A stretch of DNA of 64,000 nucleotides from Azolla caroliniana. Its lineage: Eukaryota > Plantae > Polypodiophyta. The notes beneath the pieces are model-generated. The model had not been told where the DNA came from. It did not search any database and was given only the letters and a program-made list of their open reading frames with translations. Location of the stretch: assembly GCA_043228905.1 (NCBI GenBank), contig JBHGNT010000007.1, positions 1,798,001-1,862,000 of the forward strand, written 5' to 3'. Positions 11,201 to 23,700 of this stretch are shown in pieces. Both the position numbers and the translations under genes were made by a program. Position 1 is the stretch's first letter; each line of letters starts with the position of its first letter.

Positions 11201-11323
11201 ATTCATCTTTTGCCTCATAATTTAGTAATTGGCAACAATTTTTTCACAACCCTACTCATATTATTCAACAAGAATATAAAGGAATAAGAGGAGGAAAGGT
11301 GATAGGTAATGAGTTAAGGAAGT
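8283..11323 (+). pseudogene. LINE ORF2 (endonuclease C-terminal part plus reverse transcriptase), frameshifted
   Basis: ORF pieces 8340-8573, 8591-8827 and 8820-10769 carry the APE and RT motifs in different frames. Confidence 0.9.
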
Positions 11324-11416
11324 TGTAAAAAGTAGTGTGCGGAAGGAAGTATGAAGGCCGAACAGGAGGAAGAAAATTCAGGTTCAATGGAGAGCTTGAG
11401 CTTACGCAGTATACTC

Positions 11417-11475
<59 letters not shown>

Positions 11476-11805
11476 CACACGAACTATATTCAACGACCCA
11501 ATCTCTATTCACCACACTCTATACATATGTGTGTTCAATGAACACTTTTATACAAGTCCTAGAAGGATTGACCGAAGTACTGACAGTACTTCAATACTCA
11601 TTAAGAGCTCCTATACTAACTCCCAAATATATTCCTCACGGAATATCTTTCCTAATGGCCTCCCGGTTTACGCACTCAGCCTAACCGATCGGTCCCAACC
11701 GATCCGGTCCTCAGCTTCTTCAGCCGATCCGGCCGATGTTGAGCTTGTCTCTCAACACTCCCCCTGAAGCTCAACTTGAGGCTCTTCGGGATCTTCGGGC
11801 TCACA
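11324..11805 (-). repeat. 3' LTR of copia 1 (contains a (GA)n microsatellite)
   Basis: TGTAAAA...CTCACA on +; direct repeat of 16652-17116. Confidence 0.92.
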
Positions 11806-12024
11806 GCTCCGGTTTCTCCTGGCTTCACGCCTCGCTCGCGCTCCACGGCCTGTTTGACTCCACGCGCTTCGACCCTTCCAGTTGGCTTGTCTGCTCATGT
11901 GGCCCTTATCAGCTCTTCTGTTGTTGCGGTGTTGACGTTTCTCCTGCTGCCTTTTCTTCCGCTTGGGCCTCGGTTGATTCAGCGTATCTGAATCAAACAT
12001 CCGAACTGACTCGACTACCTCCGA

Positions 12025-15000
12025 TCAGTTTTCGCTCTCGTCCAAGTTGGTTGTCTCCAACTCGTCTTCGGTCTTCTTGCCCTCGGTGGCGTCATCTTCC
12101 CCATGCGTGGTTAGCTTCGGCTCTCTCCTTCGGTTGCTCCCCTTCTGTCCGCTTCCGGACTTTTCCGCGGGTCCGCCCTCGACTTCTTCAGCCGATCCGA
12201 AGTCCAACTTGACAACCGAGTCAACCGACTCGGTGTCGCGGTCTCTGCTCCTTTCCTGCTGCCTTGCTTGGTCGTTCGGGACTATTCTCCCCCTCAAGTT
12301 TGGCACGTCGAGGTGATGCAATCCGAGCGCACCTGAGAATTGCCGCAACTTGTCCAGACCAAGAGGCTTGGTGAAGATGTCGGCAGTCTGCCGATCCGTC
12401 GGAACGTACTGAAGTTCGACTTCACCGGAAAGGACATGCTCACGGAAGAAATGGTAGTGCACCTCAATGTGCTTGGTCCGTGCGTGGAAAACGGGGTTTT
12501 TCGCAAGCTGGATGTTGTTGAGGTTGTCGCAGTCGATCGTCGTTGGATCTGACACCTCCTCTTGCAGGTCCCTAAGCAGCCGCTTCAACCATATGGCTTC
12601 GCATGTCGCGACAACCGCTCCTCGGTACTCAGATTCGGTGCTCGACAATGCAACTGTCGGCTACTTCTTACTGCTCCACGTGATCACGACACTCCCGAGG
12701 GAGAACGCGTATCCGGACGTGGATCGGCGATCGGCGGTGTTGCCAGCCCAATCAGCATCGGTGTAGCCGACTAATTGCGCGGTTGCACCGGTTCGATATA
12801 GCAGTCCCCGGTCCTTAGTGTCGTTGACATACCGAAGTATGCGTTGCACACACTGGAGGTGCTCCTCGGTAGGTCACGCTATGAACTGATTGATCACTCC
12901 GACCGGATAACTGAGGTCGGGTCGGGTGATGGTCAAGTATATGAGGGTTCCAACAATTTGTCGGAACCTCGTCAGGTCGCATACCTTTCCCGTATCGGGA
13001 CGAAGCTTGACGGTTCTGTCCAGAGGAGTCGAAACGGACTTACAGTTGGCCATCCCAAATTTGAAGAGCATACTCAGCACGTAATGACGTTGGCTGATCA
13101 ATATGCCTTCGGGGGTACGGATCACTTCGATCCCGAGGAAGTAATGAAGGTCCCCCAGATCCTTCATGTCGAACGATGCCACAAGCTGGAGCTTCACGCG
13201 GTCGATTTCACCTAGGTCGGCGCCGGTGATGACCAAGTCATCAACATATAGTAAAATACTAACCAGTCCGAGTCGACCTTTCCGGATGAACAGGGAAGAG
13301 TCTGATTTTGACGTGACGACGCCCATCCGACGTAGTTGTTGCGTGATCTTCGCGTTCCAGGCACGCGGAGCTTGCTTCAGTCCGTAAAGGGACTTCTTCA
13401 GTCTGCATATTGCCAAGGAGTTCGTTCCAGAGTGAAATCCGGGGGGTTGTACCATGTACACCTGTTCCTCAAGGTCACCTTGCAGGAACGCATTCTTTAC
13501 ATCCATCTGATGTAAGTGCCACCCCTTCACTGCAGCTACTGCGAGCAAAACACGGACGGTCGTCATTTTCGCGACCGGCGCAAACGTCTCATTGTAGTCG
13601 ATGCCGTGTTTCTGCGCGTAGCCCTTTGCCACTAGCCGAGCCTTGTACCGGTTGACCGAGCCATCGGTGTTGTACTTGACCTTGTACACCCACCTACACC
13701 CGATCGGTTTTACCCCTGTTGGTGCATCAACCAGGTCCCAGGTCTCGTTCTCCGCCAATGCGTGCATCTCTTCCTCCATCGCGGCACGCCAATTCGCGTC
13801 TTTAGCCGCTTCTTCGTAGCTCTCCGGCTCACGCACTTCTGCTACACGGGTCATGTACGCATAATGATGCGCCATGTACTCGTTGTATCCGAACCGCAAA
13901 ACAGGATTCTTCTGGCGGGTAGATCGGCGTAGTCTCACATTAGCCGATGTCGAGGCCTTCTCGGTCGACGCGGTCTTCATCTTTAAAGACCCGTCACCGG
14001 TTCCCTTGGAGTCGAACTCGCGTCGGTCTGACTTGTTCTTATCCGTGCCGGAATCCGACACCTTCTTCTTCCCTTTCTCTTTGCGCGTAAGCCATCTCCT
14101 CGGCTTCCTGCGCGGGGAATGCACGGCCGAGTCTCCACTACTCGCCGGCTCTTCATTGGACTGGTCGTATCGACTCAGTCGTCCAATCGGTCTACTTAAG
14201 CGGAGTGAAATCAGACTCTCTTCGCGGGTCTCGATTTCGGGCTCATCCGGAGGCATCTCGGCTTCGCTGACCTCATCGTCAGAACACGGATTGGAATCGG
14301 GGTTCGGAGTCGGGGGCTGGTACCAGGACACGGACTCGTCAACCACAACGTCGCGGCTAACACGCGCTTGTTTGGTGCGAGGGTTATAGCACTTATAACC
14401 CTTCTGCTCGTTCGAGTAACCGACCAAGATGCATTTCTCGGCCTTTGCGTCCAGCTTCCTCCTTTTCTCCTTCGGTACATGCACATACGCAATGCTACCG
14501 AACACCCTCAAGTGTCGCAAGTTCGGCTTCGTTCCGAAATATAGCTCGTGCGCCGACACTTTGTCTCCGATCTGGTTCTGGATGTATACCGCAGTCCTTA
14601 CCGCCTCGGCCCAGTAGAACTTGGGCAAGCTCTTCTCCTCCAGCATTGTCCATGCCACTTTCACAACTGATCGATTCTTCCTCTCGGCCACGCCGTTATG
14701 CTCCGGCGTGTATCTACAACTGAATTCGCGACGAATTCCCATTTGTTGTAGGTAACCATTGAATTGACCGGAAAAGTACTCTTTCCCGCCATCCGACCGC
14801 AAGCACTTGATCTTTCATCCCGTTTCCGTTTCCACGAACCCTTTGAGGTCCCGGAAACAGTCGAAGACTTCGCTCTTCCTCTCAATGAGGTAGATCCACG
14901 TGTGCCGCGTGTGGTCGTCAATGAAGGAGACGAAATATCGGCTCCCTCCAAGACTAACGTTTTGTGTCGGCCCCCATACATCGGAGTGTATAAGGTCGAG

Positions 15001-16582
15001 CTTGTTCCGGCTCTGGTTTCGCTCGTTGGGGAAGGGAAGTCGGTGTTGCTTCCCAAGCTGGCAGGCTTCACAAATTTGTGCCTTTCGGCCACTAAATTTG
15101 GGCAATCCGAACACTACATGTTTCGTTTGCAGATCTTGAAGCCGCTAGTAGTTGACGTGGCCTATCCGCTTGTGCCACAAGTCGATGTCCGACTCGGATT
15201 TTTTATCCCTTCGCGAACATTGCGGTGCCGCCGTCAGTGGAGGAACATCCTCCCGTCTCTACGCCCTTGCGCAATCACACGGCCTTCTTCCTCAATGAAG
15301 CACCGGAGGTGTGTAAACCGAACCTCCATCCCTTGGTCGACGATCTGTCCGACCGAGACCAAGTTCTTCGTGATTGTCGGAACGTGCAGCACGTTCATGA
15401 GTTTCCCTTTCTGCCCGACATGGCTAAGGGGAAATCTCCGACATTCGTGATCAGATGCGGAGTGTCGTCTCCTGTTGCGACTACTCCAGGTTGTATCGGT
15501 TTTTCAAGGTACGAGAACCACTCCTTATGGCTCGTCATGTGGTTTGACGCGTCGGAGTCTACATACCACACCTCGTCTGATCTCGGGGTGGTCTGTTTCA
15601 TTGAGTTTGCTTCGTGTCTCGTCACGAAGGCAGACCCTTCTCCGGCTCTCCCGGAGTCTTCGGCGTAGTGCGATCGCTGCCGATTTCCCTTTTCGGTATG
15701 TCCGGAGTCGTTTCCGGAACTGGTTCTCTCCGAATCGGTGCGCTTCTTCTAGCACTCACTTTCCCTGTGGCCTTTCTTGCCACAGTACCAGCACTCCGCA
15801 ATGGCCTTCCCTTGCCGGTTCTCATCGCTTCGACTCCCCCTGTTTCCGGAGGGTCCGGAGTTGCTGTCGGCATCACTTCGGTGCCTTCTTCCTTGATCTC
15901 GTCGGTCGCCTCCATTGCGCGCCGACTTGCCTCGTCCTCCATGTCCACGGGGCCTAACTCCCTCCGTGTACAGCATTCTGTTGTTGGTATGCGTGCTTGT
16001 AGACGCACCCGCGTGGTTCTCCTCTACCAGGAGCATTGATTGTAAGTCGAAAAAGGACGGTGTATTCTCCCGGGTACACACAGCCGTTCGGAACGCTCCG
16101 AACTTCGACGCCAAACCTCCGAGACAGATCTAGACCATCTCGCTCTCCTCGATGTTCACCTCTATGGAGGCGAGGGAGTCACAGATATCCTTGATCTTCG
16201 AGGTATAGTCCGCCACTGACAAGTCGCGTTGTCGTAGGTTGCTCAACTCCTGTTGGAGCCGAAGCTTCCTGGCTTTGGTGCTCGCGGCGAAAATCTTCTT
16301 CAGATTTTCCCACGCACCCTTCGGCGTCTTTGCATCCCGAACATAGCTCAATAGTTGTTCGCCCACACACGACGCGAAGCAGTATAATACCCTGCTCGCC
16401 GATTGCTCCCACGACGGGAAGCCTCTGTGTGTCGATTCGGGTGCCGCGTCATTAGCTCCTTCGACATAACTCCAGTGGCCGTGCCCGAGCAGGTACTGGT
16501 GCATCTTGTAGGACCAAGACGCGTAGTTGGTTCTGTCGAGCTTCTCTGTTGGAAGCGAGCTCGCCATGCCTCTATCCATCAT
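12025..16582 (-). pseudogene. Copia gag-pol polyprotein broken by stops and frameshifts
   Basis: Gag (NYASWSYKM; CWYCGKKGHRESEC), protease (WYVDSDAS), integrase (HSDVWGP, RSDGGKEY), RT (QMDVKNAFL, LLYVDD) and RNase H (YTDADWAG, TKHIEV) are spread over at least seven ORF fragments. Confidence 0.93.
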
Positions 16583-16651
16583 TCTTCTTGTTCTTCTTCG
16601 TCAAGCTATGTCGGCTGCAGAGAGGTTCTCAACCCTCGCGCTTTGATACCA

Positions 16652-17116
16652 TGTAAAAGGTAGCGTGCGGAAGGAAGTATGAAGGCCGATTAGGAGGAAG
16701 AAAACTCAGGTTCAATGGAGAGCTTGAGCTTACGCAGTATACTCGGGAGAGACAGAGAGAGTGAGAGAGAGAGAGAGAGAAAACACACGAACTATATTCA
16801 ACAACGACCCAATCTCTATTCACCACACTCTATACATATGTGTGTTCAATGAACACTTTTATACAAGTCCTAGAAGGACTGACCGAAGTACTGACACTAC
16901 TTCAATACTCATTAAGAGCTCCTACACTAACTCCCAAATATATTCCTCACGGAATATCTTTCCTAATGGCCTCCCGGTTTATGCACTCGGCCTAACCGAT
17001 CGGTCCCAACCGATCCGGTCCTCAGCTTCTTCAGCCGATCCGGCCGATGTTGAGCTTGTCTCTCAACACTCCCCCTCAAGCTCAACTTGAGGCTCTTCGA
17101 GATCTTCGGGCTCATA
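16652..17116 (-). repeat. 5' LTR of copia 1
   Basis: Adjacent to the PBS; the terminal CA reads TA on +; followed by TSD GAAGT. Confidence 0.92.
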
Positions 17117-18256
17117 GAAGTTGTAGTTACCCTTGCAGGATAATATACTTTCTAATTGTCATAAGTGGATGGGATTATTTTCAAATTTTCAGGTTTTACT
17201 TGGAGTTCGTGGCCTTAGAGATGATGGTACTTAAGGTCACAAATCAAAGCATAGGTCTAGATTGTGTGATATTCCTTAAGGTTGTAGCGGATATGCCTTT
17301 TTTTTAAACTAATGGAAGGAAATGTTTTCAAAAATAATAATAATCTAGTCAATCTATTATCTAATATTATTCGTAACGGAACGAGGATTTTTGGCTCAAA
17401 ATTCTAAGTATGGTGTGTGCAGTTCCACGGATTTGGGGCCAAATTGATAGAAAATGAATCTTTGGGTTAACGCACCAAAAGATTCATTACACCACCACAA
17501 ATTCGCCTCGGGGGCAAAAGTGGAATTTTCAGATCATGATTTTGTTCATTGAGCAGAAAGTTACAAACACACAAGAAATCTTCGGACAATGGGAGTCAAA
17601 ATTGCTATGTCGATTGAAGCCTTTGTCCCTCCATTGGATTGACATCCAACAACAAGGGGACAAATTCATAATTTTGACAAATAATTTCCTCTCAGTTTGA
17701 GGAAAAGTTCCTCAACTACCAAGTCAACCCTCAAGGTTCCAGGAAATTTTCCTTGAACCAAGTTTCCTTGTTTCAAGGAAATGTTCCTTTAATTGAGCCT
17801 TCGATCGAAGGCAACCTCAAGTCTAGCCATTGTTGTTGTTGTTGTCGCCACCTTTGTCATTTTCGTCCATTGTTGCTTGTTATCAGTGCCTCCGTTTGTC
17901 GTTGTCTTTAGTTGCCATATTGTTGTTACTAGCTCTGCTATTGTTGATACATCCTTACTTGCAGTCGTTGCTGCCTACTACATGTCCACTCCATCTACAT
18001 ACATACAAAAATAAACATAAATAAACTCACATCAAACATAATCAAACATCTTAGAACACATACAGATACACATAAACTCACATTTATCTTGTTAGTTGTA
18101 TTCGCATACATACAAGTATATCTATTTACACACATTGAATTAGACTTATATATATACATACACACACACACACACACATTATCAAACATCAAACAAATAC
18201 AAAAAAAATACATACATACTTTCTCACGTACACATACCAAAGTTTGTGCTCATATG

Positions 18257-18712
18257 TAACAATCGGCAACAGTTCGGTTTAGTTTGAGTGTCCAAACCGA
18301 ACCGTTTAAAAATTTTGAAACTTCAACCAAACCAAACCACGAATCTGTTTAAACAGAACCATTAGTTTAAAATCCAAACCGTTAAACCATTAAACTGCTA
18401 AAACTGCAATTTTGTGGTTCCGTTTTGGTTTTCAATTTAGTTCAAAATTCAAATTTTAATTTTAAAAATTTTCATTATTTCAATTTTAAATTTTTCAAAA
18501 TTTTAAAGAGTTTTCCTAAAATGTGAGAATTAAGCTTTAAAATGAAAGGTTTTTTAGAAAAAAAGTTTTACAATTTTTTTCAAAAAAATTTAAAATTAAA
18601 AAAACCATCAAACCGTTTAACTGTGGTTTCAAACTGTTAAAACTCAACCGAACCATTTAAACCATTAAGCTACAATTCGGTTCAGTTCAAACCGAACCAT
18701 TGCCGATTGTTA
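18257..18712. mobile_element. Non-autonomous hAT-type element (MITE)
   Basis: TIRs TAACAATCGGCAA; 8-bp TSD CTCATATG/CTCATATT; many subterminal AAACCG/CGGTTT motifs; AT-rich core. Confidence 0.85.
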
Positions 18713-19193
18713 CTCATATTATGCACTTCAACATTTGTTATCCATTTCAAACTTACACAAGAAATCTCACAAAGAATTACACAAATGCACACACTTACAC
18801 TAAAAACATCTCCGATTTTTAAGATCCCTCAAAATTATTGAAACCGACGTTAATTACCAACAATCTGGCAAACCTAACAAGGTCCTAAAGTCGTTGACTT
18901 GAGACATCCCATCTTCCCTAGTTCAACCCTAGTGGTCCTCTTCACGTTTCACACACACGTTATTTTTGTGACAACGGTTCATAGGTTTTGTGTCCGATCA
19001 TATGACGACCCATTCCAATCAATAATAGTTGTAAGTAAATTTCTTATCATTAGCATATGTGAACAATGGCCTTGCAACTTCCTTGAAACCATAAGTAAAT
19101 TTCTTATTACCAACATAACATTTTCATAGAGCGTCTTGGACTCAAACTCGTCACCACATAAAACTTAGTTTACATATAGAGTATGATTACATA

Positions 19194-19773
19194 TAGGGAT
19201 CGGCAACGGCTCGGCTCAAGCCTAAACCGTTTGTCTTAGTTGCCTTGAAAATGGCTTAGCGGCTTAGCGGCTCGGCTTGTTTTAGGCTTGAACTTTCCTT
19301 AACGGTTGGAGCTCGGCTCAAGCCGGCTAAACCGTTTAAGCCGTTTATAAACTTTAGAGAGAGGAGGAGAGAGACAACAGACAAGGGGAAAGAGAGAGAG
19401 CGCGAGAGTGACGGAGACTAAACAGACCATGGGAGAGAGAGAGAGAGAGTGAGGGAGGGAGAACTACACAGAGGGGAGAGAGAGGGAGAGGGAGAGAGTC
19501 GAGACCACAGACGTGAGAGGGAGTGGGAGGGAGAGCTTGTACAATGTATACTATATAGTATATAGTATATAGTGGATCATATAAGAGAGAGAGAGGGAGG
19601 TAGGGAGAGAGAGAGGGAGGTTTCTAAACCGGTTTACAAGTCGTTTACCAAACCGGTTTAGGCTAAACCGGCTCGGCTCAGGTTTGAGATCTCGTAAACG
19701 GTTTAGGCTTAGCCGGTTTGGCTTGGATCAGGCCAAACCGGCTAAGCCTAAACCGAACCATTGTCGATCCCTA
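19194..19773. mobile_element. Non-autonomous hAT-type element (MITE)
   Basis: TIRs TAGGGATCG(G/A)CAA(C/T)GG; perfect 8-bp TSD ATTACATA; subterminal AAACCG/CGGCT repeats; GA-rich core. Confidence 0.9.
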
Positions 19774-19922
19774 ATTACATATTGGTTAGTGATAGGAATG
19801 TTTTTGGTGATATTCATCAAGTGTGTTTTCTTGTGTTTGTTTATTTTAGTGAACCTTTTTTTTAACGACAAAAAGATGAGTTTAAAACAAGGAATAGATT
19901 CTTTCAAGGATAATAAAAGAAA

Positions 19923-20781
19923 TGTTAGGGATTGACGCTTTCAAAAACCTTCACCTCTCGGCCACAACCGAGGAAACACGAATCAATGCAGCAGAAAATC
20001 AAAAACACAGAGAGAGACTCGAATGCACAGGGTTTAGCGTGGAAAACCCTAGACGGGAAAAACCACGGGAGTGCAAGACTCCAACTATCACTATACGCAG
20101 GGAATGTACAATGGCGAGCTGCAAGGCGACGACCTTGAGCTCGCTGTCCTCGCCACAGGCGGCGGTATTACACAGAGGCGTCGACCTCTTCCTTTCTCTC
20201 TCTCTCACTCTCTCTCTCGGCTGCTCTCACTTCACTCCCTCTAAGTGGAAAACAGAAAAATGAGCAACAACTACAAAATTGTTTGCCCTAAGTCATATTT
20301 ATACACAAATGACTTTCGGGCTATTTACAAATATAGCCTCGAGGGCCCTTGGCAAACATATTCACAAATATGTCCCCGCAACAACTACAAAACTGTTTGC
20401 CCTAAGTCATATTTATACACAAATGACTTTCGGTCTATTTACAAATATAGCCTCGAGGGCCCTTGGCAAACATATTCACAAATATGTCCCCGCATCCGGA
20501 TCTCTCTCCGGGTACATTCGTCATCCGGCTCCGTAGCCGGGGTCTTCATCATCCGGATCCGAAACCGGGTCTTCATCATCCGGTTCCGATACCGGGTACT
20601 TCATCATCCGGATCCGAAACCGGGTCTTCATCATCCGGCTCCGTAGCCGGGGTCTTCATCATCCGGATCCGAAACCGGGTCTTCATCATCCGGTTCCGAT
20701 ACCGGGTACTCCTCATTCGGGTCTTCATTCCCGATTCCCGGACATCTGACCATCCCATCCGGAGGGACCGTAATCCCAACA
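19923..20781 (-). repeat. 3' LTR of copia 2 (859 bp)
   Basis: Contains a 114-bp tandem duplication (20264-20491) and seven 27/28-bp CCGG-rich units from 20521. Confidence 0.95.
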
Positions 20782-20791
20782 AACTCCCCCT

Positions 20792-23700
20792 TCACTTCGG
20801 CATGGGATGTCTTTCCAGTCCGACCCTCTTCCGGCACGCTTCCAGCTTGTCGGGTGTGAGCACTTTGGTCAGCATATCTGACCCGTTCTCGTCCGTGTGG
20901 ATCTTCGTCAGCACGAACTCCTGGTCTTCTATCCTTTCCCGGATCCAGTGATATCTTCGCTGGATGTGCTTCGTCCGGGAGTGATAGGCCGCGTTCTTCG
21001 CAAGGTGGATGGCACTCTGACTGTCGCAGTAGAGTCGGTACTCCTCCTGCCGGATACCGAGCTCTCTAATGAAGTCCTTCATCCATATTATTTCCTTGCC
21101 GGCTTCAACAGCCGCCATGTACTCCGCCTCCGTGGTTGACAACGCAACCGTCTTCTGCAGCCTCGACTGCCACGAAACAACTCCCCCTGCATACGTCATC
21201 ACATACCCTGATGTGGACCGGCTGGTATCTGCATCAGCCGACATATCCGAATCGGTAAAGCCGTCGAGTTCGGGCTTACCGGAGCCGAATCGGAGGCACA
21301 CGTTTGCCGTGCCCTTCAGGTATCGGAGTATCCACTTGGCCGCGTTCCAGTGCTCTTTGCCGGGATTGCTCATGTACCGGCTCACCACTCCGACTGCATA
21401 TCCTATGTCCGGTCTTGTACACACCATTGCGTACATCAAGCTTCCGACGGCAGAGGCATATGGTACTTTCATCATGTCCTCCTTCTCAGCCTTTGTCTTG
21501 GGGCTTTGCTTGCTGGACAACTTGCAGTTTGTCGGGAGGGTTGACCCGACCGGTCTTGCTTCCGACATGTTGAACCGGTGAAGCACCTTTGTCACGTACT
21601 TCTCCTGTGACAGCCACAACTGCTTCTTCTTCCGGTCCCGGATGATGTGCATCCCTAGTATTTGCCTCGCCGGACCCAGGTCCTTCATTGAGAAGGTTCG
21701 GTGAAGCGCTTTCTTCAGCATCCGTATCTTGACCTGGTCCCGTCCGACGATCAACATGTCGTCCACGTACAGGAGGAGTATTAGAAAGTCTCCTCCTTCG
21801 AACTTCTTCACAAACACGCAGTGATCGGACTGCGTTTTGTGGTACCCTTCGTCGGTCATGAAAGAGTCGAACTTCCGGTACCATTGCCGGGGAGCCTGCT
21901 TCAGTCCGTAAAGGCTCTTCTTCAACCGGCATACCAGGTGCTCCTTCCCTTTCTTCTCGAATCCTTCCGGTTGCTGCATGTAGATCTCTTCTTCGAGGTC
22001 ACTGTGAAGGAATGCCGTCTTCACGTCCATCTGTTCTACCTCGAGGTCCATGCTTGCCGCTATGCTCAGCACCGTCCGGATGGAGGTCATCTTCACTACC
22101 GGGGCAAATATCTCGTCGAAGTTGACGCCCTTCTTCTGCTGGAACCCCTTCACCACGATCCTGGCTTTGTATCTCGGGGGTTTTCCGGCATCTCCCGGTT
22201 TCAGCTTGAACACCCACTTGTTTCGAAGTGCCCGCTTTCCTTTCGGCAACTCCACAAGTTCATATGTGTGGTTCTCATGCAGGGAATCCATCTCCTCCTG
22301 CATGGCACTTAACCACCTGCGGCTATGGGTGTCAAGCTTTGCTTCTTCAAAACTCTCCGGCTCCCCCTCGTCGGTTAGCAACACGTGCTCTGGTTCCGGA
22401 AATCTCCGGGGGGCCCTTCTCTCTCTTAGAGGATATCTCCGTTCCGGAGCTTCGGTAACCGGCTCCTCCGTTTCCTCTTCATCCGAATCCATTTCGGGAT
22501 CGGGGCCGGTTCCGGTATCAGTTTCATCTTCCTCAGCCGGTTCTGTTTCTTCACCGTCTTCGGCCGGATCCTCGAGTGCTAACCGGTCCCTTGCCGGTCG
22601 GGACTGCTCCTCGTAGAGTTGATCCTCACCGGTCGACTTGGAGCTCTTCATCTTCTTCTCCGACTCCCAGTCGGCGAGTGTCTTGTCCTCCATGAAGATG
22701 ATATCACGACTCCGGAATATCTTTTTGTCGACCGGGTCCCATACTCGGTAGCCGAACTCGTCATCGCCGTAACCGAGGAATATGCATGGCCGGGTCTTTG
22801 GATCTAGCTTTCCTCTCCGGTCCTTTGCCACATGCACATATGCGAGACACCCGAACACCTTCAGATGCCGGTAGGATACTTCCCTACCGGTCCACACTCT
22901 CTGCGGCGTGTCTCCGTCCAAAGGTACTGAGGGTGATTTGTTTATCACGTATGTCGCCGTCGACATTGCCTCAGCCCAAAACCCCTTGGGTAATTTCGCA
23001 TGCGCCAGCATACTCCGGACCCTCTCCATTATGGTCCGGTTCATCCTCTCGGCCAGCCCGTTCAGTTCCGACGTCTTCGGCACAGTAAACTCGAGCCGGA
23101 TTCCCTTCGAGCGACAGTACTCCTCGAACTGCCCCCGGTATTCCCCTCCGTTATCCGCTCGTATCGCTTTCAGCTTCTTGCCGGATTCCCTTTCCACTCT
23201 CGCGTGGAGTTCTTTGAAGACGCACAACACTTGGTCCTTTGTCTTCAACGGTGCCGTCCACAGCTTCCGGCTGTGGTCATCAATGAATGTCACGAAGTAC
23301 TGGGCTCCGCCATGTGACTTCGTTTCTACTTGACACACGTCAGTGTGCACCAACTCCAATGGTGCGCTACGTCTCGTCGGTGGCCTTGAGTGGAAGGAGG
23401 TTCGGTTCTGCTTACCGGCCAGGCAATCGGTGCACTTCTCCAGGTGCACATGCTTCACTGGAATAAGGTTGTCTTCTGCAAGCCTCTTCATCCCCTTCTC
23501 ACTCATGTGGCACAGTCTCTTGTGCCACAGCTCACCGGCAGTGTCGGCTGCCACGTTCAACTCCTCCGGACACAACCAGGCATTCATAAGGTACAGTGTG
23601 TTGACTTTCCGGGCCCGAGCCACTATCAGGCTCCCCTTGCTGAACTTCATTACGCAGTTCCGGATGCTACCTGTGTAGCCTTCATCGTCTAGCCTCCCGG

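Larger units (their letters stand above)
11324..17116 (-). mobile_element. Ty1/copia LTR retrotransposon (degenerating)
   Basis: LTRs 11324-11805 and 16652-17116 differ by roughly a dozen substitutions plus GA-tract length. TSD GAAGT at 11319-11323 and 17117-17121. PBS TGGTATCAAAGC (tRNA-iMet, one mismatch) at 16640-16651. Confidence 0.95.
1172..17345 (+). mobile_element. Decayed LINE (L1-like non-LTR retrotransposon) interrupted by two LTR retrotransposons
   Basis: ORF1-like remnants (IKFLGKGCYHIEF...KWYVGF; CCHC-like knuckle near 1620-1660). The APE endonuclease starts LSFLSWNVQGFG (~2485) and continues CLQETH...NIYAPN...WCMVGDFN...SDH after 8283. RT motifs WRPITLLN, RQGCPLAP and FADD lie in 8820-10769. 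Many stops and frameshifts. Both ends are approximate; there is a possible (AAT)n tail at ~17330-17344. Confidence 0.85.

Noticed and set aside
11265-16826. Many short antisense or overlapping ORFs within the retroelements, and ERERER/SLSLSL ORFs
   Set aside because: These are shadows of GC-rich pol or translations of microsatellites.
872-17805. 13-bp TTGAGCCTTCGAT at 872 and 17793 as a LINE target-site duplication
   Set aside because: The second copy does not follow a tail and is ~450 bp beyond the last LINE-like sequence; probably chance.
17345-19190. Possible Helitron (TC-starting AT-rich 5' end)
   Set aside because: No convincing 3' hairpin plus CTRR was found.
20521-20720. 27/28-bp repeat array as a CRISPR-like array
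   Set aside because: It has no unique spacers; the units recur in ABC order inside a eukaryotic LTR.
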